From positions 62,001 to 126,000 of the IMG/VR virus record IMGVR_UViG_3300005337_000441: a DNA stretch of 64,000 nucleotides; one strand, 5' to 3'. This document shows positions 37,615-48,057 of this stretch, piece after piece. The notes beneath the pieces were generated by a model. It saw nothing but the letters and a program-made list of their open reading frames with translations, did no database searches and had not been told where the DNA came from. The translations under genes were made by a program, and so were the position numbers. Position 1 is the stretch's first letter; each line of letters begins with the position of its first letter.

Positions 37615-38364
37615 ATGATCCGCACTCCTGATACCGTCTCTTTCTCCGGCGCGGACAACAAGACGGATCTCAACGAGCTGTTGCGCATCTCGCGCGAATG
37701 GCCCCAGGTGGAATGGGGCATCCTGCTCATGCCCGAAAAGATGCATGAGTCACGCTACCCCAGCTGGCTCTTCATCGAACGGCTGGGACCCATGGGGATG
37801 AACACCGCCGTACATCTGTGCGGTCAGTACATCTTCAACGACTTGCTGGCTGAACACACCCGCAATGTGGCGTTGTACCACATCAAGATGTTCGGCAAGA
37901 TCCAGGTCAACATCAATGCCCGCACGGAGCACTTCACGCCCGAGCAGGTGATGAAGATCTACGACGTCCTCTACAGTACAGGCCGCAAGCTGATCCTGCA
38001 GTACCACTCGCAGTCCGCCGAGACGATCAAAACCTGGATCAAGAACCGTCCAAACCTGGATCACTCCAAGCTGATCTTGCTGTACGACAGCTCCAAGGGC
38101 AAAGGTGTGACGCCTGACAGCTGGCCTGAACCTCAGAATGAGTTCGAACTCACCTTGAAGCGCCGCTTTGCCGGTGGTATCAAGCCTGACAATGTGCTGC
38201 CGCAGATCGCCAAGATCTGTGAAGTGCCGATGGTGATCGAGACCGGCTACGACATCGACCTGGAGTCGGGCGCTCGCAACGAAGACAACCTCTTCGATCC
38301 GGGTATCTGTGAGTCGATGCTCAAGGCGATCTACCAACCTCCCGTCGTGGAGAGTCGCGAATGA
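37615..38364 (+). CDS. TIM-barrel protein, PRAI/TrpF-like phage family
   Basis: LLYDSSKGKG, FAGGIKPDNV and DIDLESG phosphate-binding barrel motifs. Confidence 0.7.
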   Translation: MIRTPDTVSFSGADNKTDLNELLRISREWPQVEWGILLMPEKMHESRYPSWLFIERLGPMGMNTAVHLCGQYIFNDLLAEHTRNVALYHIKMFGKIQVNINARTEHFTPEQVMKIYDVLYSTGRKLILQYHSQSAETIKTWIKNRPNLDHSKLILLYDSSKGKGVTPDSWPEPQNEFELTLKRRFAGGIKPDNVLPQIAKICEVPMVIETGYDIDLESGARNEDNLFDPGICESMLKAIYQPPVVESRE

Positions 38365-38825
38365 ATCCGATTCAACTCAAAGCAGCTCTTGACAAGCTGC
38401 CTGAGCAGAAAACCATCCTCTGCCAGATGGTGGATCGGTCCGGGCACGCCTTCAACGCACATTTCGACCTCATCGATGTCCAAGACAGCTGGATGATCCA
38501 GTTGCGCGTGTCGCATCCTGAGTTGGTCGATCTCTACGACATCCTCACGATCGATGAAGAAGAAGCCAAGCCGTTCTACCACGTGCAGGCGGTGGCCATG
38601 ATCGTCAAGCGGGTCGTCCTCATCGCAGGCGGCGGCATCACGGTTCAGCACGGTCTGGCGTCGGAGCTCTTTCCAGCCACAGCCATCATGGTGCGTGAGC
38701 GCAGCAGCGTGATGTTGAGCATGGGACCGGCGGGAAACATCACCGTCACTCGAAACGGCGTCGTGATGCCGCACGAGAGTGAACGCAGTCTGCCCAAGTA
38801 CATCGCAAACCTATTGCGAGTTTGA
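38361..38825 (+). CDS. hypothetical protein
   Basis: ATGA overlap with the upstream stop; GGAG RBS. Confidence 0.7.
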   Translation: MNPIQLKAALDKLPEQKTILCQMVDRSGHAFNAHFDLIDVQDSWMIQLRVSHPELVDLYDILTIDEEEAKPFYHVQAVAMIVKRVVLIAGGGITVQHGLASELFPATAIMVRERSSVMLSMGPAGNITVTRNGVVMPHESERSLPKYIANLLRV

Positions 38826-38925
38826 TGAACCCACTGCTTCAAATCCTCAAAGAAACTGACCTTTGGCTGCTGGGTCTGGCGGCCTTGGTCGCAATTGGAC
38901 TGTTCATCAACAGCAGAAAGAAATA

Positions 38926-39228
38926 ATGACCGTCCAACAATTCATCGTGAAGTACCTCCCGTGGCTCTTGAGCTGCATCACGATCTACATGACGTTGCTG
39001 GCGGGCAACAAGCATCCCAAGGCTTGGGCTTTTGGTCTGGGAAACCAGATCCTCTGGGCAGTTTGGATTTGCCTGTCGGAGAACTGGGGTTTGGCACCGA
39101 TGTGTGCTGCACTCACGTTTCTCTACCTTCGCAATCACTTCAAGTGGAACGAGATCAAACTACCATGGGTGCAGAAATTGCTTTCCTTGCGATCGCGGCT
39201 TCGGTTCCGGTGGCCGTGGTCTGCGTAG
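38926..39228 (+). CDS. 3-TM PnuC-like half transporter
   Basis: W..S..T....L.GNK..AW..GL.NQ.LW..W pattern. Confidence 0.6.
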   Translation: MTVQQFIVKYLPWLLSCITIYMTLLAGNKHPKAWAFGLGNQILWAVWICLSENWGLAPMCAALTFLYLRNHFKWNEIKLPWVQKLLSLRSRLRFRWPWSA

Positions 39229-39288
39229 TGATGTTCCTTGAAGACGTCGTCAATTGCTACGAGTACTGGAAACAAAGGATGTCTTCCC

Positions 39289-40002
39289 GTGAAAAATGAA
39301 AAGGCCCTCGGGCTGGCGGAGATCCTCAACGGAACTCTGGACATCGTGAGGAAACACTTCACGAAGGGATCAACCCGAACCCTGTCTGAACTCACGCACG
39401 ATGAGTTCGATGAGATGAGAGCAAAGCTCAAAAGCAATTTCCATGCTTGGGTGGTGTATAGCAATTTGCACCAGATGCCCGGCATGAAGCAAATCGATCT
39501 GGAACCGGAGATCGTCATCGACGTCCCTGGTTCTGTCTTGAGCTACAAGACGTCTGAGCGCATGACGGCTTATCTCAAGGGTGAGATCCCGGAAACCACG
39601 TTGATGATGGACTACCCGGTGGAGAAGTTGCGCTGGCGCACCGAGCCCTACCGACACATCAACTTCGCTCTGGACTACGACGACACAGCCAGTGAAGACC
39701 TGGAGCTGTGGGTCTACTTCTGCAAGATGGCGCGCTCACGAGGACACAGCGTCTACATCGTGACAATGCGCTATCCGAGCGAGTGCTACGACATCCCCAA
39801 AGTGCTGGCGGACAACACGTGCGGCGTGTATCCGACTTCACGCCGGGCGAAGAACCCGTTCATGCTCGCGCAGGGTATCGTCATCCACAACTGGATCGAC
39901 GACAACCCCCGAGCCATCTACATGAACGCAGGCGAAGCGTTCGGTCGTACCGCTCAAGAAGGAGACGTTCAAAGTGCTGCCCTCGTCAGTGCCGCTGGAT
40001 AA
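39289..40002 (+). CDS. HAD-superfamily phosphatase (C-terminal domain)
   Basis: ALDYDDT, VTMR, K, WIDD motifs. Confidence 0.75.
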   Translation: MKNEKALGLAEILNGTLDIVRKHFTKGSTRTLSELTHDEFDEMRAKLKSNFHAWVVYSNLHQMPGMKQIDLEPEIVIDVPGSVLSYKTSERMTAYLKGEIPETTLMMDYPVEKLRWRTEPYRHINFALDYDDTASEDLELWVYFCKMARSRGHSVYIVTMRYPSECYDIPKVLADNTCGVYPTSRRAKNPFMLAQGIVIHNWIDDNPRAIYMNAGEAFGRTAQEGDVQSAALVSAAG

Positions 40003-40495
40003 CTGGTTCCTCTTCAAGGAACTGCACCTGGATCTGGATGGTCTTTACGCTGACTTTGTTGGCGGTGTGAGACGTCTGACAGGGAAGCATCCCGACGCCA
40101 TGAAAACCGAAGACATGTGGGCCAAGATCGACGCCGATCCCTACTTCTTCGAACAACTTCAATTGCTCCCGGGTTCCGAGAAACTCTGGGCTGCAATTCG
40201 TGACCTTCCGGTACCCAAGAAGTTCTTGACCGGCAAGCTCCAAACCGAACGATTCAACAGTCAAAAGCGTATCTGGGTCGGCAAGACTTTCGGCAACGCT
40301 TTTGAAGTCAACATTGTCCCGAGCGAGGAAAAGCAAAAGTTCTCTCGCGAAGGGATGGTTCTCATCGATGACGATGCCGAGAACATCGCACGGTGGAATG
40401 CCAAGGGTGGCCACGGTATCCAGCATACCGGCAGCTACAGCGACACCATCGAGAAACTCTTCGACTACGTCAAGGGTTTGTCCGAAAAAGAATAG
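39974..40495 (+). CDS. 5'(3')-deoxyribonucleotidase (HAD, NT5C-like)
   Basis: LDLDG..ADF, FLTG, K..W and LIDD...N...W...GG.GI.H motifs. Confidence 0.8.
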   Translation: MLPSSVPLDNWFLFKELHLDLDGLYADFVGGVRRLTGKHPDAMKTEDMWAKIDADPYFFEQLQLLPGSEKLWAAIRDLPVPKKFLTGKLQTERFNSQKRIWVGKTFGNAFEVNIVPSEEKQKFSREGMVLIDDDAENIARWNAKGGHGIQHTGSYSDTIEKLFDYVKGLSEKE

Positions 40496-40515
40496 ATACC
40501 GTTTGGGGGCGCCAA

Positions 40516-40698
40516 ATGACCTTCGAAAAACTGATGTGGTTCTTCGAAAACACCCGACTGGGGAAGTGGTCCTTTGTGTTGTTGATCATCATCGTGGTGT
40601 TCACAATGCTCATGATCGCTTCCGTTGTCTTTATCTGGGACCATCTCGTGAAAGAGCTCCTCAAGGATTGCCTCACGGACGAAGTCCCTTTGCCATAA
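40516..40698 (+). CDS. small TM protein
   Basis: One long hydrophobic segment. Confidence 0.55.
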   Translation: MTFEKLMWFFENTRLGKWSFVLLIIIVVFTMLMIASVVFIWDHLVKELLKDCLTDEVPLP

Positions 40699-40722
40699 CT
40701 CCAATAACCTCTGAGTTAGAAC

Positions 40723-41346
40723 ATGAGTATCCTTTCCGACCAAGAACTCATCGAACTGGTCCACAAGCAGGCCGACAAGGGTGAGACACCCATGATCGCG
40801 CCGTTCATGACCTCCTCGGTTCGCAAGATCCAGGACACGCACGGCAAGTCCGAGCGCCGTCTGATCAGCTACGGCGTGACGAGCTACGGCTACGACGTCA
40901 CGCTGGGCAAGGACGTCAAGATCTTCACGAACGCCAATGGCGGCATCGTGGATCCCAAGAAGTTCGACGCTGATGCCGTGCTGATCGATGCCCGCGTCCA
41001 CAAGGACGAAGATGACAGCGAGTACGTCATCCTGCCGCCGAACAGCTACTTGCTGGGTACGACCAACGAGTACTTCAACATCCCGCGCGACATCATGGTG
41101 CTGTGCGTGGGCAAATCGACGTACGCACGCGTGTGTGCGATCGTCAACGTCACTCCGATCGAGCCCGGTTTCCAAGGCAACGTCGTGATCGAAATCGCCA
41201 ACGGTTCGGGCCTGCCGGTGAAGATCTACCTGGGCGAAGGCATTGCCCAGTTCATGTTCTTCCGCGGCAAGCCCTGCAAGACCAGCTACGCTGATCGCGG
41301 CGGCAAGTACCAAGGACAAACTGGCGTCACGATGGCGCGAGTCTGA
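40723..41346 (+). CDS. dcd: dCTP deaminase
   Basis: ILSD, ISYG.TSYGYD, GKSTYAR, VTPIEPGF.G, EGIAQ, Y.DRGGKYQ.Q. Confidence 0.93.
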   Translation: MSILSDQELIELVHKQADKGETPMIAPFMTSSVRKIQDTHGKSERRLISYGVTSYGYDVTLGKDVKIFTNANGGIVDPKKFDADAVLIDARVHKDEDDSEYVILPPNSYLLGTTNEYFNIPRDIMVLCVGKSTYARVCAIVNVTPIEPGFQGNVVIEIANGSGLPVKIYLGEGIAQFMFFRGKPCKTSYADRGGKYQGQTGVTMARV

Positions 41347-41407
41347 CCCATGGAGTCCCGGGGGAAACCCTGGGGCTTTATGCCGTCTTCTTGTAAACCA
41401 ACTCAGT

Positions 41408-41424
41408 CACATATACTTTCAGTG
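41408..41424 (+). promoter_or_regulatory. class-1 promoter
   Basis: CACATATACT-TTCAG-TG after a hairpin plus TATGCCGT. Confidence 0.75.
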
Positions 41425-41480
41425 TAATACCCGCGCACTTACACCTTCAACCCCGCCTACGACTAAAGGAGAAACTGGTC

Positions 41481-41756
41481 ATGGCACTGAAAGTAAACGT
41501 CATTCAAGTCCGTGCACAATTGGAGCACGATCGCATTGTGTTGGATGCTGCGATCCAACGTGAAAAGATCAGAATGGTCAGATCCCTCGTGGTGATGGCC
41601 AAACTGGCTCGCGACTATCTGGCGCCGGAATTCCTGCGCTTTTATGAACAACTGGAAAAATTGCTGGTCGACCAACCATATGAGGTTGAACTCATCGGGG
41701 AGCGTCTCGATGAGGTTATTGATTTCTTCGGCCAGAAGAATCCTACCTTCCACTAG
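41481..41756 (+). CDS. hypothetical protein
   Basis: AAGGAG RBS. Confidence 0.7.
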   Translation: MALKVNVIQVRAQLEHDRIVLDAAIQREKIRMVRSLVVMAKLARDYLAPEFLRFYEQLEKLLVDQPYEVELIGERLDEVIDFFGQKNPTFH

Positions 41757-41767
41757 GAAACAAAACC

Positions 41768-42415
41768 ATGCCTCCTCCAAGCCTTGATTACAAGCTGCTC
41801 ATCAACATGACAGCCGGCGATCTCCATGTGGACGACATGCTCACCATGTCAGGCACCGTCCTCACGGACTCCGTCGACCAGGCGCTTGAAACGCTGGAGC
41901 GACGTGGTGTCCCGACGGTGATCACCATGGTCGGCGTGCTGAGTAACAACACGCGTGACCGCCGCGACGTCTCGATCTGGAAATTCGTGAACAGTCTCAA
42001 AGCGTATCTCGAACGCAGAGAGACCGAAAAGGGCTACGGTCTGGATGCGCCCATCCATCTCCTCACCCCCATGCCCATGAAGGACCTGCGTGAGGGTGAC
42101 CCGGAAAAGCTGAGACAGCATCAGTCTTCCGAAGCCATCCTGAACGTCGAGATCAACAAAGTCAACGAGTACTACGCGCTCAAGCAAGTTCTCCTTCGCC
42201 GCCATCAAAAGGTGATGAAGGAGATGTCCGGTGCTTTCGAGACGTTCATGCGTCTGGGCAAGTTCGGCTGCTGTGTGCAGTGTCCTCGCATCATGATGTC
42301 CGGTGGTGCTTACCTCGTACTGCCGGAGCAGTGTGAGAACAAAAACAAGTACGACCACAACTTCCAATCCAGCGACCTCTTTGCGTCCTACAGCGAACGC
42401 ATGTCGCGCCCCTAG
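41768..42415 (+). CDS. hypothetical protein
   Basis: 215 aa; AGGA RBS. Confidence 0.7.
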   Translation: MPPPSLDYKLLINMTAGDLHVDDMLTMSGTVLTDSVDQALETLERRGVPTVITMVGVLSNNTRDRRDVSIWKFVNSLKAYLERRETEKGYGLDAPIHLLTPMPMKDLREGDPEKLRQHQSSEAILNVEINKVNEYYALKQVLLRRHQKVMKEMSGAFETFMRLGKFGCCVQCPRIMMSGGAYLVLPEQCENKNKYDHNFQSSDLFASYSERMSRP

Positions 42416-42434
42416 TCTCACCTGAAAGAACAAC

Positions 42435-42833
42435 ATGCACGTCGATGCACTTGAAGAACAGAGGGTTCACGAACAAGCCCTCGCCAAGGTCACATTGACC
42501 GTGGAGAAGAAGACCGGCTATCTGGTCTTTGGCTGTACCGGCTGCAGCTGTTGCGAAAGCGAAAACTTCATCAACGGCATCTACGAGAGCTGTGATGACG
42601 CAGAGGAGTCCGCCAAGCAGTCCCACTGTCGCAAGTCGGTGGCCTCCCAGTACGCAGCCAGCGGCATCTACACGGTGCGTGAGGTCAAGTACGAGGAGCT
42701 TTCCGACGGTCGAATCATCCTGGGTAACCGGGTGTTCGATGACGTCAACATCTACGAAAGCGGCGCCGTGGCCAACGAACTGCGCCACGAAGGCCAAGAG
42801 CTCGCTGTTGTCGGCGAGTACGACAAACACTAA
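42435..42833 (+). CDS. hypothetical protein with CxxCxCC motif
   Basis: GCTGCSCCESE. Confidence 0.7.
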   Translation: MHVDALEEQRVHEQALAKVTLTVEKKTGYLVFGCTGCSCCESENFINGIYESCDDAEESAKQSHCRKSVASQYAASGIYTVREVKYEELSDGRIILGNRVFDDVNIYESGAVANELRHEGQELAVVGEYDKH

Positions 42834-42907
42834 AAGCTGTACCTAACAACGACATTGTAGTGGAGGGGATAGGACCTTCATGAAGTGTAAAAAATAGGGA
42901 GCAACCT

Positions 42908-43852
42908 ATGTCTCAATGCGCTTACCCTATAGTGCGCTTGTATCAAGACAAGCCATGGGGAAAATCAGAAAGCAAGGCCGTCGAGAGCGTGGCACCGGAA
43001 CAGGTCACGGTCGAATTGGTCAAAGCTCTACTGGACACAGCAGGACCGGATTCTGGAATAGAGTACTATTTCGAAAACCGGGACATGCTGTCTCTCATGA
43101 CGAGCCACACTGATCACTACCGGCTAAGCAGCTTCAAACACTTGACGCTCTGTTACGGTGAACATATGGAGGGCGTCTTTGACGACGAGGACTCTTGGAC
43201 GGCGATCGGAAATCAGTACTTCCATCCGTCGTACCGGGATCACGCCATCGAAGCGTTTGTGGCGCGTCTAAAGTCGATACAGGCCTACGTGTACTACCAG
43301 TCCAACTACGCTGAAAAGTTGGACGTCATCTGGATCCGTCAGATGCTCCGGTTGCGTTACGAGAGTCACTACGACTACTTGGACGCCATGCTGGAGCCGT
43401 TTTGGATGTTGGTGTTTGCGGCCTCTCCTGCAGCCACCAATTGCGCCGGAATTGTGACTGCCCATGGAGACAAGGGCTACAGCTACCGCGACGACTGGCA
43501 AGACGTTGGCATCCCGTTTGAACATGGCATGCTGCTGTACCTGCTCACTTACACGACTGAGCGAGGAGAAGTCCTCAAACAACAGTCGCACAAGTGGGTG
43601 ATCGACAACTACGCAAGATATCTTCTGCGCATCACACTGGCCGAACAGACCGTACTCAGAAACAAGTACGGCTTGAACGCTCCACGTGACTTGCAGTTGG
43701 TCAATGTGACCCCGACGATCGACAGCGAACGTCAGGGTTTGAAGCACTGGGCCTATCTGGAGCGGGGTGTCCAGAAAGGCACGATCATCGCGGCGACGGA
43801 ACTCGACGCGGTGAAGATGTACCTACACAAACACCCAAAGAAGTTCGTCTAA
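42908..43852 (+). CDS. hypothetical protein
   Basis: 314 aa; GGGAG RBS. Confidence 0.75.
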   Translation: MSQCAYPIVRLYQDKPWGKSESKAVESVAPEQVTVELVKALLDTAGPDSGIEYYFENRDMLSLMTSHTDHYRLSSFKHLTLCYGEHMEGVFDDEDSWTAIGNQYFHPSYRDHAIEAFVARLKSIQAYVYYQSNYAEKLDVIWIRQMLRLRYESHYDYLDAMLEPFWMLVFAASPAATNCAGIVTAHGDKGYSYRDDWQDVGIPFEHGMLLYLLTYTTERGEVLKQQSHKWVIDNYARYLLRITLAEQTVLRNKYGLNAPRDLQLVNVTPTIDSERQGLKHWAYLERGVQKGTIIAATELDAVKMYLHKHPKKFV

Positions 43853-43925
43853 TTCTGGACGAATAAAAAAGCAGGCGGTTGAACAATCGTCTGCTAGATA
43901 TTATCAACCCGTTCAAGAGGACTCA

Positions 43926-44579
43926 ATGCCCCAAGTTTCTCCTCGTACCGAGCGGACTTCCGCTCCTGGCCATATCGCGCATCCGGTTGTCCGCTCCGCG
44001 AATCTGTTGTCCAAGCCCGTTACCGCGGGTGTGAAGGCGATCGTTCCCGGTGACCGCATTTCGACTGTGCGACACGAGACCTTCACGTTTGACGACGTGG
44101 CCACGGCGCTTGCCAAGCGCTATCGTGGTGAAAAGAACCAGCTCGCTGCACGTGCGGCGCGCCAGATCGAAGCCGCCGTCGACAAGTTCGACACGATCGC
44201 TGAAGCGGTCGAAGCGGTGAAGGCTGAACTCGTCATCCAAGACGGCAGCGACCGCAACGTCATCCTGACGCCGGCCGAACTCAAGGACCGCGAAGTCACG
44301 CAAGAAGCCGTCGGCATCATGAATGCGCTCATGGGTTGCCTGGCCAAGGGCAACGCCGGCGAGAAGCAGATCAAGGCCATCATGCGCCCGCAGTTCTCGA
44401 TGCGCAAGGTTCGTCGCGACTGCGATACCGTGTGTGATACGCTGCTGCGCACGCTGAAGTACGAGGGCTACATCTTCCTGACGGGCGGTGGCACGTGCTT
44501 TGGCCTGCGGGCTGACAACCCGCTCAAGCCCGAGCAGTACGCCGCGTACTACAAGCGCGTGATCTATAACGTCGAGTGA
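43926..44579 (+). CDS. hypothetical basic protein, probably highly expressed
   Basis: GAGGA RBS; strong codon bias; flanked by hairpins. Confidence 0.75.
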   Translation: MPQVSPRTERTSAPGHIAHPVVRSANLLSKPVTAGVKAIVPGDRISTVRHETFTFDDVATALAKRYRGEKNQLAARAARQIEAAVDKFDTIAEAVEAVKAELVIQDGSDRNVILTPAELKDREVTQEAVGIMNALMGCLAKGNAGEKQIKAIMRPQFSMRKVRRDCDTVCDTLLRTLKYEGYIFLTGGGTCFGLRADNPLKPEQYAAYYKRVIYNVE

Positions 44580-44641
44580 CGGACAGCGATGACGAGGAGC
44601 TTTCGGGCCCCTCGTCATCTTGTTTGTTCTCTTTTGAGATC

Positions 44642-45010
44642 ATGACCAGCCTGCTTAACCTGATCATCGAGAAAGACAATTGCGACGAGTTCCCTCAGCA
44701 AGGGGACCCGAAGATGTTCTATCTCGATCGATCCGACCGACACCTGTACCGTTGGTGTGGTGACAAATACGTCGCCATCAGCTACGAAGTGCAGGAAGAG
44801 ATTTCGGACGAAGACCTGAAAAAGATCGCTGACCTCTTCGGTTATCCGATCGAAAACATCGACCGCTTGCGCCGTGCATTCGGCAATCGCGAAGTCATCA
44901 ACGCCTACACGAACCTCAGGACTCTTCTGGGGATGTTTGTCCTTCAAGAAAACCCTGACATATGGTCAAACCGCTTAAGACCCGACTTAACATCGTCCAG
45001 CGACGAATAG
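44642..45010 (+). CDS. hypothetical protein
   Basis: In-frame ATG after a terminator. Confidence 0.6.
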   Translation: MTSLLNLIIEKDNCDEFPQQGDPKMFYLDRSDRHLYRWCGDKYVAISYEVQEEISDEDLKKIADLFGYPIENIDRLRRAFGNREVINAYTNLRTLLGMFVLQENPDIWSNRLRPDLTSSSDE

Positions 45011-45564
45011 CTGCGCGCAACCCCGGCAAGGGCAACCGCGCTGAGTCCAAGCCGCTGCCGGACAAGGGCCTCAACAAGGGCTACTACCTCGGCGCTTGTA
45101 ACCGCAGCGCTTGCCTTGCGCCTGGCGCGGACTGGTACAACCACGGTTCGCTGGCGTATTATTGCGGCAACTGTGCGCATGATCTGAGCAACGATGCGTT
45201 CAACAAGCGTGAAACCCTCTTCGACTGGGGTCATGATCTGTGCACGCCGGGCAAGTACGACCGTGAAGCCACCTACGAGCAACACGCACAGCACCGCATC
45301 CGCCTGGGCAACATGCTCGCACGTCAGCCCGGCCTCCAGCTGCGCGAGATCCCGACTGGTACTTTCGAACTCCTGCTGCGTCAGGAAGTCGCAGCCGACG
45401 AGATCAAAGCAGCCAAGGAAGAAACCGTGCTCGACTATGACACCTGGCACACCCTGATGTGCGAGAAGGTGCCGGCCATCACACGACACAACAGTGAACG
45501 CGCTCAAGAGGTCAGGAAGCTGATCTATCAAGAGTACGTTCGTCACGAAACAACCACAACCTAG
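44962..45564 (+). CDS. protein with Cys-rich putative Zn module
   Basis: GACNRSAC...WYNH...YYCGNCA. Confidence 0.7.
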   Translation: MVKPLKTRLNIVQRRIAARNPGKGNRAESKPLPDKGLNKGYYLGACNRSACLAPGADWYNHGSLAYYCGNCAHDLSNDAFNKRETLFDWGHDLCTPGKYDREATYEQHAQHRIRLGNMLARQPGLQLREIPTGTFELLLRQEVAADEIKAAKEETVLDYDTWHTLMCEKVPAITRHNSERAQEVRKLIYQEYVRHETTTT

Positions 45565-45571
45565 GAACAAC

Positions 45572-46255
45572 ATGTACTCACGTGGCAAGTTCCCCATGCC
45601 GCCGACTTACGAAGGTAAGTTCGAGGAATATCAGAGCGCACTGAACGAGGCCACGCAGCCGGTTCTGGAAGCTTGGCAGACCCGCATGCACGGCTCAGCG
45701 GTGTCAGGTCTGATCAAGCAAGCTGTGGACGATACCCTGTATCGCTTCATCGCCCGAGACCGCGTGCTCATGGTGGCCAACGGCCTGCGTCTGGCGCGGG
45801 TCGAAACCAGGTTCGAAGAATACGTACCACCGGAAGATCGACTGGAGCGGTTACGGCTGGAACGAGAAGATCTGGCCCGTGATCTCCATGTCACGGAACT
45901 GATCTTGGAGTTCTTCCCGGGACCCTCGCACGGCTTTGACCAAGCGGGCAGTCACGGCGGCATTCCTCTCGGCCGTTTCCTCACGGGTCTCGACCAACCG
46001 GAAGCGTACCGTCGCTTCTATGACCTGTACTTTCAACCTCAGCACGGGCTGCCGCCAACCCTGGTGGCTCGCTACGGTGAAGTTGGTGAGGACTACCATA
46101 GTCTGAACCCGTCGCTGGCTCAAATCAGCGTGGAAGGCGACACCCATGCACCGTTCCGAGCAGCGTATCAGCGCGCCGTGAAGTTCGGTCTGATGGAACA
46201 GCAACCTTTGCAATACAACATCAAGTTGCTGGGTGCGGAAAGCACCTGGCTCTAG
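45572..46255 (+). CDS. hypothetical protein
   Basis: AGGA RBS; 227 aa. Confidence 0.7.
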   Translation: MYSRGKFPMPPTYEGKFEEYQSALNEATQPVLEAWQTRMHGSAVSGLIKQAVDDTLYRFIARDRVLMVANGLRLARVETRFEEYVPPEDRLERLRLEREDLARDLHVTELILEFFPGPSHGFDQAGSHGGIPLGRFLTGLDQPEAYRRFYDLYFQPQHGLPPTLVARYGEVGEDYHSLNPSLAQISVEGDTHAPFRAAYQRAVKFGLMEQQPLQYNIKLLGAESTWL

Positions 46256-46286
46256 TACAACCGTCCCAATCGGAAGGAGAAAAACC

Positions 46287-46655
46287 ATGGGTAAATGGAG
46301 TTTCACGAGCGTGAAATTCTCTGATGAGTATCGTGACAAATCTGCGGTCGTCGAAAAGATGACCAAGGAAGAAGTCCAGGCTGAATGGGAGCGCCTCGGC
46401 TCTCCTGAACTCGGTGAATACGGACTCAACCTGTGGTCCGGTATCTCGGGTGACGGTTGGGCCACGATCGACAACAGCGCTGCCAAGTCCTACGACTACA
46501 AGAGTCATCCCTTGCAGTTGTTCTGTGACCGTCAGGAGTTCTTGCAGCACTACTACGGCAAACCCGAACCGTTCAAGCACTGGTTCCAGCGTGCTTGCAT
46601 CTTGGCCGACCGTGTGGGTGTCCCCCGCAGCAAGCCGGAGGTGTCTCATGCATGA
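46287..46655 (+). CDS. hypothetical protein
   Basis: AAGGAG RBS. Confidence 0.75.
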   Translation: MGKWSFTSVKFSDEYRDKSAVVEKMTKEEVQAEWERLGSPELGEYGLNLWSGISGDGWATIDNSAAKSYDYKSHPLQLFCDRQEFLQHYYGKPEPFKHWFQRACILADRVGVPRSKPEVSHA

Positions 46656-47127
46656 TCACATGAGGCTCAAGATCAAGGCTCGCAAGCGTGAACACCGGCG
46701 CGCCCACCCGGCACCGACCCTGCGCCGGGTCCCTGAGCACAAGCAGCTTAGCGAACTCGAACATGCACGCCACATCCGTGGCCCGCACGAGTCGCTGCTG
46801 CGGTTCCAAGAAGGCAAGCAAACGGCTGCGGACTGGTACTTGCTGAATTTCCGAATTCGGTTTGGCCTGTACGCAGCGGTGGAGCGTTTCCACGGTGAGA
46901 CAGAGGAACTGATGAGCAGTGCCCATCAACTCATGCAAACGCTACTCGCAAGGTATCGCAAGCTGAGCACTCACCTGAACACCGGCTGGACCGTCAGCAC
47001 TGAAGAACTCGAAATCTTTACCAGGGCCGTCAAGGCCACCGATTGGATGCAGATCCAGCTGGAGCGTAAGGCCATCGAACGCTTCACGCACAAGGTCCAC
47101 AAGGAGATGATTCGCCATGTCCAGTAA
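46648..47127 (+). CDS. hypothetical basic protein
   Basis: GGAGGT RBS. Confidence 0.7.
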   Translation: MHDHMRLKIKARKREHRRAHPAPTLRRVPEHKQLSELEHARHIRGPHESLLRFQEGKQTAADWYLLNFRIRFGLYAAVERFHGETEELMSSAHQLMQTLLARYRKLSTHLNTGWTVSTEELEIFTRAVKATDWMQIQLERKAIERFTHKVHKEMIRHVQ

Positions 47128-47665
47128 CCGTAATGGGGCCGGAGCGCCGGTCCCTTTGCAGATGTTGCTCAGCTGGGATCAGGTCTACGGCCAGATGCCC
47201 AGAAAGGACAATCAGGTCTGGGACTCCTTTTGTCAAAAGTTCCGACCCCGTGTGGAACAGCAGCTCGTCAAAGAAAATGACGGGCTTGCTCCGACGGAAG
47301 AGCAGATCGAAACCGCGCTCATCAAAGCGTTGGTCCAGGTCGATCATCCGTCACACACGTACATGCATGTGTATCGTTGTGCGTCGTGCCCGGAAATTCA
47401 CCGAGCCGAATCTCCGTGTTTTCTCATCGCCGCTCAAACGTTTGATGACTCTGAAAACCCGGGTGAACGCATGACGATGCACAACGTGACCCTTGCGTTC
47501 CCGGTGGCCACGGAAAGCAACGACACTCCGGGGGTGCTTTTCAGCGTGCATCGCAACATCCCCGAACTCAAGGTCTACTTGGGGGGCATTTTCGGCAACA
47601 TGGTTCTCGTTGATCCGACGATGACCGAGTACGTGAATGTCTCTCAAGACGCCCTTGTCCATTAA
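47117..47665 (+). CDS. hypothetical protein
   Basis: AAGGAG RBS. Confidence 0.7.
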   Translation: MSSNRNGAGAPVPLQMLLSWDQVYGQMPRKDNQVWDSFCQKFRPRVEQQLVKENDGLAPTEEQIETALIKALVQVDHPSHTYMHVYRCASCPEIHRAESPCFLIAAQTFDDSENPGERMTMHNVTLAFPVATESNDTPGVLFSVHRNIPELKVYLGGIFGNMVLVDPTMTEYVNVSQDALVH

Positions 47666-47685
47666 CCACTATCAACACTACCACC

Positions 47686-48057
47686 ATGATCACCTCTGCT
47701 CAACTTGACGCGACCACGCAACGCTGGCCCGCTAGGGCTGGCGGCTTGCGCCAGCTCTACGTCGGTGTTCTCACTCTGGCCGAGGCGCAGCAGTGTGTCA
47801 CCGATTTCCACCGCCTCACGGTCGTCAAAGACCAAGAGGTGTACTTCTTCACGGCGGACCATCAATACGGCTACACGGTCTTGCCCCGTGCCTTTGTGCC
47901 GGTGTCCTACAGCTTCCCCATGTTCAACATGAACCGCTTCCGCGGTCCGAGCACCCTGAACACCACGGCTGAACTGATCGACGCTCACTACAGCGACCAC
48001 CGTCTGCTGGAGACGGTCGATGGCGTGGTCGCCTACATCAACGAAAGGTACCCATGA
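47686..48057 (+). CDS. hypothetical protein
   Basis: 123 aa; ATGA overlap with the next gene. Confidence 0.65.
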   Translation: MITSAQLDATTQRWPARAGGLRQLYVGVLTLAEAQQCVTDFHRLTVVKDQEVYFFTADHQYGYTVLPRAFVPVSYSFPMFNMNRFRGPSTLNTTAELIDAHYSDHRLLETVDGVVAYINERYP

